From a virus: 64,000 nt of DNA. Under the pieces are notes generated by a model. That model did not search any database, was not told the origin of the DNA, and worked only from the letters and a program-made list of their open reading frames with translations. Shown piece by piece: positions 18,208-27,198 of the stretch. Position numbers and translations under genes: made by a program. The DNA lies in the IMG/VR virus record IMGVR_UViG_3300029374_000001, positions 160,001 through 224,000 of that record; one strand, given 5' to 3'. Position 1 is the stretch's first letter. Every line of letters starts with the position of its first letter.

Positions 18208-21200
18208 TTAGTTAATCATTGTAATCTTGAAGATTTCACTCTGGATGAAATCTCTGAACTTGACTTTGATTACAGCATAGAAAATCTTATTCAGTTCATA
18301 CTGTTCATCTTCAGCATATTCTACACCAATTTCTTTGAACTGGCTCTTATAGCGGTTGAGAACAGCTTCTACGTCAGCTTTATATCTGAGCAGATCCTGA
18401 CCATCGAGGAATGTATAACGATTCTTCGGGCACTGTTTACGGATTTCATGAATAATCTTCTGAACAAGCAGAACATTGTTAATCCAGGACAGCTGAGTAT
18501 ATTCAGTCTGAGATGTATATTCAGTATCCAGTGTAGGAATACCAGAATAGTAAGCGATGTAGTTCAGACGTTCATTATCAAACCATTCTTTCTGGTTGTA
18601 TGTCTGAGCATTTTCATCAGTCTGCGGAGTACGTTTCGGCGAGAAGTTAATGGTACCAGGAATGATATCATTTTCAAAGGTAACTCCATAAGCCTGTCCG
18701 CAGAACGGACGGTTAACGCCATTCAGATAATGACCAACGAAACGTGTTACCAGGTTGTACATAATGGTTACGTTAACCTGTTTTCTGTAATACGGTTCAA
18801 TGACATCATAGCTATTGATGTAGTTGGCTACGAACTTATTCTTCTTATAAGTATCGTTAACAGCTTCAATTTCATTAAGTGTGGTCAGACCAAGTCCGAA
18901 ATCACGGAAGAAGAAGCAGTCTTCACGGAATGTAACCAATTCATGGATAGCATCTTTAATATCTCTCTTATAGTTGGCATCAAAGATGGCATCAATTCTT
19001 GTGTTGTCGAGATCATAGATATCGTCAGCGAAAGAACCATTGAATACTCTGAGAACCTGATTATCATAGAGAGACATGCCTGTAGAATCTCCAACAGAAT
19101 TAAGGATTTCCGGAAGAGCAATCGGATAATCACCAAATGCGCCGTTATCACCATTTTGGAGAAGAATACCATTTTCTACAGAGAGATTATCGCCAGCCGG
19201 ATCAATGCCTACAGCATTAGATACTTTACCGTAGCGATCGAAGGCAAACAGAATATCCATATGAGCTACTTCATTCTTAGTCAGTTTAGACTTTTCAGAA
19301 ACATCATCTACGAATTTATTCCATTCGCTTTCATAATATTTACAACGAATATTTCTGGAGTTCTGGTTAATAACCTGATCTACAGCTTTGTTCTTAGCAT
19401 TAGCAGCACTACCATCAGAGGATTCAACAATCAGATTGTCAAATGTGAAGTAATGAGTTTCAAGCTCTTTATTACCTTCCAATACTTTCATTACGTATTT
19501 AATATATCTAACCGGTCTACGAACAGATGTATCAGCATAAATACGAATCTTCTTATTAGAAATACCACGGCCTGTATCAGTCAGAGTGAAGAGAACATAG
19601 TTCTTTTCTCCGGTTTCCGGAACAACCAGTGTATCTTTAGTTTCTTCTACTGTAGCTACTACAGAGTTGAATACTTTATCAATATCATCTGTATTGTTAA
19701 TCTGTTCTGTCAGAGGAACAGCTTTCAAAGAATACTTGATCATAGCTGCATCAACTTTGATCGGTGTATTCGATATATCATTGGTCTTGGAGTCTGTGGT
19801 TTCTACCTGAACAGTTACACCAGGAGTTGTATCTACGCCAACTTCTGTACCAGTAATAGCCTGAGCCGCAGCATAATATTTGCCGCCATATACAACAAAC
19901 TTACCTACAGCATAGGCAGTGCCAGGAGCATAAGCAGGAACATTGATATCCCATACAATCTTATAGAGAGAAGTCTTTTCTACTTTAGCTTTGTAGTAAT
20001 GACTAGCTTCTTTAACTTTAGAACCTACAATATAGGTATCTACAGCAGCTTCGTTGTAGTTATCAATGGATTCCTGAACCTGTTTCTTAAGAGCTTTATT
20101 AGCAACCTTAGCTTTATAGAACTTGGTTTCAAACTTAACAACTGTTCCAACTGTATAAGTGCTAATATTAGCTACAGAATATTCCGGAACATGTTCATCA
20201 GGTACATCAATCATCAAAGGTTTATGAGCAACTTTAGCCTTATAGAACTTTGTGCCAGATTTAACAACTTTGCCTACACCATAGGTCGGTACATCAGTAT
20301 CGGAATATGCAGGAATAGTTGTATCCGGAACTTCTTTCATCAAAGGTTTATGAGCAACTTTAGCCTTATAGAACTTTGTGCCAGATTTAACGATTGTATT
20401 TACAGTATAAGTAGATACATTAGCTACAGAATATTCCGGAACGTTATCGTCAGGAACTTCTTTCATCAAAGGTTTATGAGCAACTTTAGCTTTGTAATAA
20501 GTAATTACAGCACCTTTAGTTACTTTAACCTTAGCGCCTACTGCATAAGTAGAAACAGCAGAGTCAGCATATTCTGTATAAGTGGAAGCATCAGACGGAG
20601 GCGTTACATTGTCACCAGTCTTTTCCCAAGAATCAGTATCAAGAACTTTAATCTTAGGCTGTGGTACTTCCTGCCAAGAAGCTGTATCTACAACTTCTAC
20701 CATAGGCTGAGAAATTTCTTCCCAAGACAGAGCGTCAACTGCTTTTACAGTCGGCTGAGGAACTTCATCCCAGGAGTCAGTATCAAATACTTCAATCATT
20801 TCGGGAGTATAATCCTCCCAAGCATCTGTATTGATATCTGTGGTAATTCTCTTAGTCTTGTAAGCATCAGGAATATCTGCTTCTTCTTTTACAGCCCAGT
20901 AAGTCTGATCAACTTCTGTTTTGTAATAGAGAGGTTTACCTTTAGCATTGGTTTTCTGAATTTTATCAGCTCTAACTGTAGCGATAAGAGCCAAGTTAGC
21001 CAGTTTAGAATCTGGAGCAACAACACGCTTTGCATACTGTAAACCACCAGCATTAGCAATAGCCGCTGCCTGTACGAGAGCCTGGCCATGTTTGAAATAA
21101 TTGGGATTGTCTCCATATAGAGCAAAGAAATCTTCTCCTGAAAGTTCCTTCTGGAATTTTTCCGGTCCTTTATCAGAGGAGAATACTGTCATAAGCACTG

Positions 21201-21288
21201 GGCGGTCTACACCATCATTTCCAACAGCAGTGTTGGGGTTAATAACGGATTGATCATCCCAGATAAATCTAGTATCTGGAGCTGCCAT
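18208..21288 (-). CDS. putative contractile tail sheath protein with internal tandem ~36-aa repeats (1026 aa)
   Basis: N-terminal region FFALYGDN...AKRVVAPDS resembles T4 gp18 FLQYGNDLRVVRAVDRD; gp25-like baseplate gene elsewhere in window supports myovirus; 4-5 repeats (F)YKAKVAHKPLMKEVPD... Confidence 0.45.
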   Translation of the reverse strand: MAAPDTRFIWDDQSVINPNTAVGNDGVDRPVLMTVFSSDKGPEKFQKELSGEDFFALYGDNPNYFKHGQALVQAAAIANAGGLQYAKRVVAPDSKLANLALIATVRADKIQKTNAKGKPLYYKTEVDQTYWAVKEEADIPDAYKTKRITTDINTDAWEDYTPEMIEVFDTDSWDEVPQPTVKAVDALSWEEISQPMVEVVDTASWQEVPQPKIKVLDTDSWEKTGDNVTPPSDASTYTEYADSAVSTYAVGAKVKVTKGAVITYYKAKVAHKPLMKEVPDDNVPEYSVANVSTYTVNTIVKSGTKFYKAKVAHKPLMKEVPDTTIPAYSDTDVPTYGVGKVVKSGTKFYKAKVAHKPLMIDVPDEHVPEYSVANISTYTVGTVVKFETKFYKAKVANKALKKQVQESIDNYNEAAVDTYIVGSKVKEASHYYKAKVEKTSLYKIVWDINVPAYAPGTAYAVGKFVVYGGKYYAAAQAITGTEVGVDTTPGVTVQVETTDSKTNDISNTPIKVDAAMIKYSLKAVPLTEQINNTDDIDKVFNSVVATVEETKDTLVVPETGEKNYVLFTLTDTGRGISNKKIRIYADTSVRRPVRYIKYVMKVLEGNKELETHYFTFDNLIVESSDGSAANAKNKAVDQVINQNSRNIRCKYYESEWNKFVDDVSEKSKLTKNEVAHMDILFAFDRYGKVSNAVGIDPAGDNLSVENGILLQNGDNGAFGDYPIALPEILNSVGDSTGMSLYDNQVLRVFNGSFADDIYDLDNTRIDAIFDANYKRDIKDAIHELVTFREDCFFFRDFGLGLTTLNEIEAVNDTYKKNKFVANYINSYDVIEPYYRKQVNVTIMYNLVTRFVGHYLNGVNRPFCGQAYGVTFENDIIPGTINFSPKRTPQTDENAQTYNQKEWFDNERLNYIAYYSGIPTLDTEYTSQTEYTQLSWINNVLLVQKIIHEIRKQCPKNRYTFLDGQDLLRYKADVEAVLNRYKSQFKEIGVEYAEDEQYELNKIFYAVIKVKFRDFIQSEIFKITMIN

Positions 21289-21400
21289 TATTATAATTCC
21301 TCCTTTAATAATAGTTAAAAATTAAAAACTCACCTTGATTTTATAGCAAGTAAAAAACAAAGTAAACTTTAATGATATGTTCTTATACGACTCTTTCACA

Positions 21401-22144
21401 TTATACATCTTCACCAGTTACGATTCTTTCCAGAGGACTCTGGACTTTATTATCGTTCAATGAAGCGTATATAAGAGCTTCATTTATGTTTTCAGATGTA
21501 ATAGCACTATAGGCACTAATCAATCTGGGAATTACTTTGATACTGATGGATTTGTAATTATTCATATCATTATCTTTAGAAAGTCTGAATGGAACGTTTA
21601 TATCCTTTTTACTTCTACAGAGTTCGGATATAATAATTCCAAACAACTGCAGAGAGATTTTATACTTAGCTCCGTTGTACGTACAATTGTCTACAATATA
21701 ATTTTGAATCTGATCATATGGTATTGTATTAGGAATGAAACCGTTAATAATAAACAGAGAGATCATATCTTCTGTATTATCTACACTTTGAGGGACTTTA
21801 GTTTCTACCAAGATAGCATCATCTTTTTTATAGCATAGAACTCTATAGTCCAATGGTTCAGATTCTTTAATTAATTTAATAGACTTCATTTTTTCTACTT
21901 TGAATGGTTTGGTCAATATTCTGGTTGGATAATTGAACTGTTTCAAAGCAGACATCTTTCCGTTTTCTTTCATAGCATAGCTCATAACTCCTAATGTAGA
22001 AATGTATTCTCCATTATAGTATGCTATATTTCTTTCAAAGTATTTTTCTGGGATATAAAAATAGAAATTTCCGTTGCCATTATATAAAATAGAATCACCT
22101 TTTCTTCTAAGAAATGGTGGTAATTGTTCATTCATATTAGGCAT
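21401..22144 (-). CDS. hypothetical structural protein (247 aa)
   Basis: ORF in tail gene block. Confidence 0.45.
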   Translation of the reverse strand: MPNMNEQLPPFLRRKGDSILYNGNGNFYFYIPEKYFERNIAYYNGEYISTLGVMSYAMKENGKMSALKQFNYPTRILTKPFKVEKMKSIKLIKESEPLDYRVLCYKKDDAILVETKVPQSVDNTEDMISLFIINGFIPNTIPYDQIQNYIVDNCTYNGAKYKISLQLFGIIISELCRSKKDINVPFRLSKDNDMNNYKSISIKVIPRLISAYSAITSENINEALIYASLNDNKVQSPLERIVTGEDV

Positions 22145-22230
22145 ATTTCCTCCTTCCTATGAGACTTACATAAATGTTTAAGCAGGCAAAACTGAATAAG
22201 AAGACTCTATATAGAGTCTTCTTATTTTGA

Positions 22231-23628
22231 TCAGCCACCATTATATACAGTATCGTAATTAGAAGTTAAGGGGTATCCCTGAACGGTTTTCCACCAAATA
22301 ATTACATCAATTAAGTTTCTATGATAATTAGGATAGATCTTAGGACACTTACAAATAATTTCTCCAGGTAAAGAAACAGATTCTGGACGAATAAAGCTAT
22401 CGGCATCTCCTAATTTAGTTGTACCACAAGTTGTTACTCCAGCTTCCGCTACACCACCATAGACAGTAGCTCCAACGATTGTATTTTCAATCTTTTTACC
22501 ACCTACAACTCTACCACCAGTTACAGTAGATTTCAGAGTTGTACCACCAGTAGTAATACCATTGATGATTGCATAGGGTTCTCCATCAATCAATCCAACA
22601 GCTATACCACCATATAAAGTACCACCTGTAATAGCGCCATTGTAAGCAATCTCTCCAATGACAGTAGCTCCTGTAGTAATCATATCTTTACCAGATCTCT
22701 TACCACCAGTTACTGTACTATTCTCTAATATAGGAGTAATTAATTTACCTTTATATGCTTTAGCCCCTACTACTTTACATCCAGTAGCAACAATTGTACC
22801 TTTCTTAGCAGTAAGCAAGCAATTGGTTGTTATTTTAGTTACTGGATCAGTTACTCCTCCAGAAATAGTAAACTCATCTACTTTACCAGAAGTGATTGTT
22901 CCAGAAACTGCTGTACCCATAATGATATGAGCTTTAGCCACCACAATCTCATGACCATTACCATTCATTCCTACAGCACAGGAATCTGTAATGATGCAAT
23001 TATCTTTATCTAAGACAGCATTGGTTAATGTACCTGCCGTAATATTGCCATCTTTATCAACTGTAGCAGAAGAAATGGAAAGATTGGTTACATCACCAGC
23101 TACTGTAGCTCCTGCCGTTCTTGCATTCAATATAGTGGTATCTTCATCAGCATACTGATTGTATTTAGAAATACCTCTAATATTAGACGTTCTAATATTA
23201 ACGACATTAGAAGCATAATCTACAGATGCATCTACTGTAATAATATAATCTTCTCCAGTGCAGCAGTTGCATGTGCATACCCCATTGGTATTTACTTTAC
23301 CAATACCAGTAACTACGCCGACAATAGAATTGATGACTCCATTATCTAAGTACTGAATTTTATACTTAGTTCCTTTACAAAGCTCTACTTTTTCAGATGT
23401 ACCATCAGAGAAAGAAATCGTTACAGTCAAAGATGTCTGACTCTGTACAGCTACATCAGTAACCATCAAAGCTACACTATGTTTTTTAATTTCATCCTGG
23501 ATGTTATACATAGGATTCCAGTTACATCCACAAATATGCTCTAAATGATATCCATTTTTATATGTAGTAATATAATTATTAGAATATAAAGACAGAGGAA
23601 AAGCTCCTTCTGAATAATGAATGGGCAT
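22231..23628 (-). CDS. Gly/Thr-rich tail fibre-like protein (beta-helix-like repeats)
   Basis: Repeated TGG(T/K)/GATV motifs (ITGGTLYGGIAVG, TVTGGRVVGGKK, TVTGGKRSGKD), typical of fibre/spike beta-solenoids. Confidence 0.5.
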   Translation of the reverse strand: MPIHYSEGAFPLSLYSNNYITTYKNGYHLEHICGCNWNPMYNIQDEIKKHSVALMVTDVAVQSQTSLTVTISFSDGTSEKVELCKGTKYKIQYLDNGVINSIVGVVTGIGKVNTNGVCTCNCCTGEDYIITVDASVDYASNVVNIRTSNIRGISKYNQYADEDTTILNARTAGATVAGDVTNLSISSATVDKDGNITAGTLTNAVLDKDNCIITDSCAVGMNGNGHEIVVAKAHIIMGTAVSGTITSGKVDEFTISGGVTDPVTKITTNCLLTAKKGTIVATGCKVVGAKAYKGKLITPILENSTVTGGKRSGKDMITTGATVIGEIAYNGAITGGTLYGGIAVGLIDGEPYAIINGITTGGTTLKSTVTGGRVVGGKKIENTIVGATVYGGVAEAGVTTCGTTKLGDADSFIRPESVSLPGEIICKCPKIYPNYHRNLIDVIIWWKTVQGYPLTSNYDTVYNGG

Positions 23629-23699
23629 TATAGAAACCTCCTTTAAATTTAAAAATCATTTAATAGAATGTTAAGACTAAGGAAGTTTATGGGAAAATA

Positions 23700-23727
23700 A
23701 TCTCCAGAGCTATATAGCTCTGGAGAT
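23700..23727 (-). terminator. hairpin terminator (tctccagagctatatagctctggaga), near-identical arms to 17277 hairpin
   Basis: Perfect palindrome followed on minus strand by T-rich tract. Confidence 0.6.
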
Positions 23728-23746
23728 CTTTATGATTGAAATATAA

Positions 23747-24034
23747 TTATTTCTGAGCTTCGAGAAGAGCAGATTCAAGAGCAGTCAGATCTTCTTCTTC
23801 ATCCTCTTTTTTATCTTTTTTCTCTTCGTCGTCTTCTTCTTTGTCTTTCTTAGATTTCTTCTTGCTCTTTTTGTCTTCAGAATCTTCGTCATCATCCTTC
23901 TTAGAATGTTTCTTGGATTCCTGAACAAGAGAGAATTCATATTCAGATTCTTCAATCATAGCTTCGAGTTCATCACAGGCAGCATTGTAGCCTTCTGCAT
24001 ATGATCTCTGGAGATCTTCTTCTGTATATAACAT
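23747..24034 (-). CDS. small acidic E/K/D-rich protein; N-terminus MLYTEEDLQRSYAEGYNAA paralogous to 30356..30586
   Basis: Shared N-terminal 25 aa with ORF 30356..30586. Confidence 0.45.
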   Translation of the reverse strand: MLYTEEDLQRSYAEGYNAACDELEAMIEESEYEFSLVQESKKHSKKDDDEDSEDKKSKKKSKKDKEEDDEEKKDKKEDEEEDLTALESALLEAQK

Positions 24035-24086
24035 AATTTGACTTCCTTTCTTAGGAGTATAATGATATGATGATTACCTTAATGTA

Positions 24087-24476
24087 TTAGATATCATTTT
24101 TAAGGCGATCAATCATTCTATTTCTCATAGCATGAAGCATATGCTTATCATACTTCTTTGCTAATTTAGGATGTTTTTCTAATGTTTTATCAATTCTTTC
24201 GCTAAGCTGCCCAGGACGGCTGTATCCTACATTCTTACTCTTATCATTAATTCCCAATTTATTATAGGGAACAGTATAAGATCCATCCTGTTTGGTAGCA
24301 GTCATACGAGCTACTGTTTTCAAACCAGCAAATCTCTGTTCTTTATCTGCTCCAGCTTTCTTAAGAACCTTATTGGTTGTTCTCATTAGCTTCTTATCTA
24401 CAGTCTCACTATAGATTTCGCATTCTTCTTGTAATGAAAATTCAAATTCTATATCTTCATCGTCGTCGAATAACAT
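24087..24476 (-). CDS. hypothetical protein (129 aa)
   Basis: ORF between terminase exon 2 and acidic protein gene. Confidence 0.45.
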   Translation of the reverse strand: MLFDDDEDIEFEFSLQEECEIYSETVDKKLMRTTNKVLKKAGADKEQRFAGLKTVARMTATKQDGSYTVPYNKLGINDKSKNVGYSRPGQLSERIDKTLEKHPKLAKKYDKHMLHAMRNRMIDRLKNDI

Positions 24477-24482
24477 AATAGA

Positions 24483-25322
24483 TTACTCTCCTCTCATATG
24501 ACCCGAATATTCTCCGGTATCAAAATTTTGGAAATTCATATTTTTAGCAATTTCTTTTTGTATACGTTCTTCTGGATCTTCTCCAAAAGAAGTAAATACA
24601 GAATCAGGAACTCTGAACTTATTAGACTTACTCATTCCTTCCAATTCAGATACAGGAATCTGTGTAGCTTTAGAATATGCTTCTCGTACTGCTTTATTTT
24701 GCAGCATATCCATAAGCATTTGTTGTTCATTAGCTCTTTGTTTTTGCACAAATTCATTGAACATCATGCCCATACCCATCTTCATCATCTTAAGCTGATC
24801 GTTCATTTGCTTAAGAGATTCAGATTGTTCTTCTGGAGGAAGTTTAAGTTCTTCTACAATTTCTGTATAGCGTTCTTCTAGTTCTCTACCAACAGAATCA
24901 TCTACAGAATCTTCTGTCTTAATAGTAGACTTATTAATACCAAAGTTTTCTTTTAGATTCTTTCCTTCATACCATACATAAAGAGCCATTAAGTAAGAGA
25001 ATACCAGATCGTCATGTGAATTGTCTGAGTGTTCCACTTTACCATTTCTCTTAACAACCATCTTTGATAATTCATCAAACATGACTGGAGAATATATTTT
25101 ATCTTTATGACGTTCCATACGTTCTCTTAATATCTCTATCAAGAGGTCTCGTACATCTTTGGATGAATCTAAACCATATACTTTTGTTCTTTGTTTACGA
25201 CGAATAGGTCTTCCCAAAGAATCAGAAGTTTCTTCTATAATACGATCTTTAATTTCGTAATATAAGTTTTCCTTAATACCACCAGGCTCTTTAAGCTTGG
25301 ATATTAACGATGCGCCAAAACC
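24483..25322 (-). CDS. terminase large subunit, exon 2 (C-terminal nuclease part incl. HDDLVFSYLMALYV)
   Basis: HDD motif = third acidic residue of terminase RNase H-like nuclease; frame open upstream only to a TGA at 25332-25334. Confidence 0.6.
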   Translation of the reverse strand, partial: GFGASLISKLKEPGGIKENLYYEIKDRIIEETSDSLGRPIRRKQRTKVYGLDSSKDVRDLLIEILRERMERHKDKIYSPVMFDELSKMVVKRNGKVEHSDNSHDDLVFSYLMALYVWYEGKNLKENFGINKSTIKTEDSVDDSVGRELEERYTEIVEELKLPPEEQSESLKQMNDQLKMMKMGMGMMFNEFVQKQRANEQQMLMDMLQNKAVREAYSKATQIPVSELEGMSKSNKFRVPDSVFTSFGEDPEERIQKEIAKNMNFQNFDTGEYSGHMRGE

Positions 25323-25619
25323 CAATCTGTTTCATTATAGACGCAACTCTATAACGCTTGGTCAATTCCAATGCACCTTCCATTACAGAACGTGTGCAGA
25401 TCATTTGTCATCCCTCTATAATTATTTATAGTAGGGCCAGGATTTTTCTTCCACCATATGCTTGTGGTTCTACTCTCCCGTCAGGAGATGATCGTTGAAC
25501 GTCTCATCTTAATTAAGATGCTTTCGCTGCTAAACAGAGGAGATTACTTTTGCTCCTCTTTCAAAGCAATTAACCCTGTTGAAATATATAGATTACTCTA
25601 TATACTGAGATTGCTGTTA
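25323..25619 (-). ncRNA. putative ORF-less group I intron splitting the terminase large subunit gene
   Basis: ~300-nt non-coding, locally GC-richer gap separates the first nuclease strand (IGVDVSGGYKRDYTAISVID...IERNGVA*) from the rest of the nuclease domain; contains GUUCAACGA (group I R-element-like) and AAUUGC (P-like) on the sense strand; in-frame stop right after exon 1; boundaries approximate. Confidence 0.5.
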
Positions 25620-27104
25620 AGCTACTCCATTTCTTTCGATATTAACTACCGCATTGGGCATCATTGTTTTAACCAACCATATTAATACTCTGGCTAAGTC
25701 AGGAATACTCATATAGTTACATTTGATTCCGCCAATAAATTTAGTAGTGGCAGAATCTATAACAGATATAGCCGTATAGTCTCGTTTATATCCGCCAGAT
25801 ACGTCAACTCCGATAATAGGAGGATTAATTGGAATACCGGTTACACTAACCGGAACCGTATCATAAATATTAAACGAATATTTGTTAAGAATAAGTAGTG
25901 AACGAATTGGTTCGTGTAGCATACCTCTAAGAGCTTCCAAATCATCTTGACTGAATGGGGAGTTCTCAGGAGTATCAATCCACTCCAACAAAATTTCTCG
26001 ACGTATGTCTACCATTTTCCAGAGCATACTCTTACACTGATTATAGAACCATTCTTCACCAAGTCCAAGCTGTCTATAGTTATACTTAATATATACAAAG
26101 ACAGAGTTCATATTGCTGGAAACAATATTCATAATCTGCTCATATGTCAGATCATACCATCTCTCAGAGAATGGTGTAGCATTGTTAATCATATCAAAAG
26201 CAAACTGGCCTTCATGAGAAGATAGTATACCTGCTGTTGTTGTGATTGTAATGCCATGAGGAACTCCTGCTGCTTTTGCATTTTCAAACGCTTTGGTCAA
26301 TGCAGGCATAGAGTTAATCATAATGGTTTGGTTATAAGCAGTAAATGCCCATTCGTCCGCCCACCATAACGTAACAGTCTGACCACGTAATAAGTTAGCC
26401 GCTGCTGTTTCATTACGAGCACCTGGTACGGTACGAATAATATTATGGTTAATCGGATGCTGGATATTGGTAACTGTAGACGGAAGTCTTTTCTTCTTAC
26501 CATTGACCATAGAAAATTCCTGGGACAATTGTAAGTATGTTGGCAATAGATCTCGTATCGCTTTAAATGATTCCAGGTTTCGTTTAGAGTCCTGGTTATT
26601 TTTATTCATGAAGATAATATTAGAGTTCGTTGAAGCAAAATTGTAAATATATAAATATCTTACATTGGCCGCCATCGTCTTACCAATCTGACGAGGCATT
26701 TCAAAGAAGAGATTTAAATTATACATTGCACAGAAGTTATATGCTAAGTTACCTCTGTTTAACTGATATGGTACACCTTTAGGATGACCGTTGGCTGTAA
26801 CTCTAACTACTTCTCTTAAGAAATACCAATAATTAATTTGTACTTCTTTAAGAATCTTAATCTTCATTTGCGTACTTAGCATAGGATCATATGGATCTAC
26901 TCCTGCTAAGTCAGGATCAAATAAAGCTAACATGAATCTATTATTTTTTATATCTTGAGACTTCAAAAAATAATGCATCTCTAAGAAAGACTTATTTGAT
27001 GTAGACATCTGATAATAAATCTGTCTGTTTGCTGGTCGAGGTTGTTGTAATGCTGGTACTGGAGTTTCATCAGGAAATAAAGCACTTCCTTGTAATGATT
27101 CCAA
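25620..27104 (-). CDS. terminase large subunit, exon 1 (ATPase domain + start of nuclease domain)
   Basis: C-terminal PIIGVDVSGGYKRDYTAISVIDS (first catalytic Asp strand of terminase nuclease) then ...VVNIERNGVA; large-terminase size and position next to structural genes. Confidence 0.6.
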
Positions 27105-27148
27105 TCTTAATACCTCCTTTCCAAATTATTAGTATGTCAAAAATATTA

Positions 27149-27176
27149 TCTACCACACCAAAAATGGTGTGGTAGA
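27149..27176 (-). terminator. hairpin terminator tctaccacaccaaaaatggtgtggtaga
   Basis: Perfect palindrome followed on minus strand by taatatttttg. Confidence 0.55.
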
Positions 27177-27198
27177 CTTATTATATAGATTAAATAGA

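Noticed and set aside
18448-21042. 864-aa plus-strand ORF
   Set aside because: Antisense to the putative sheath gene. Low-complexity F/I/N/S-rich translation, no RBS; the open frame is an artefact of the GC-richer sense gene.
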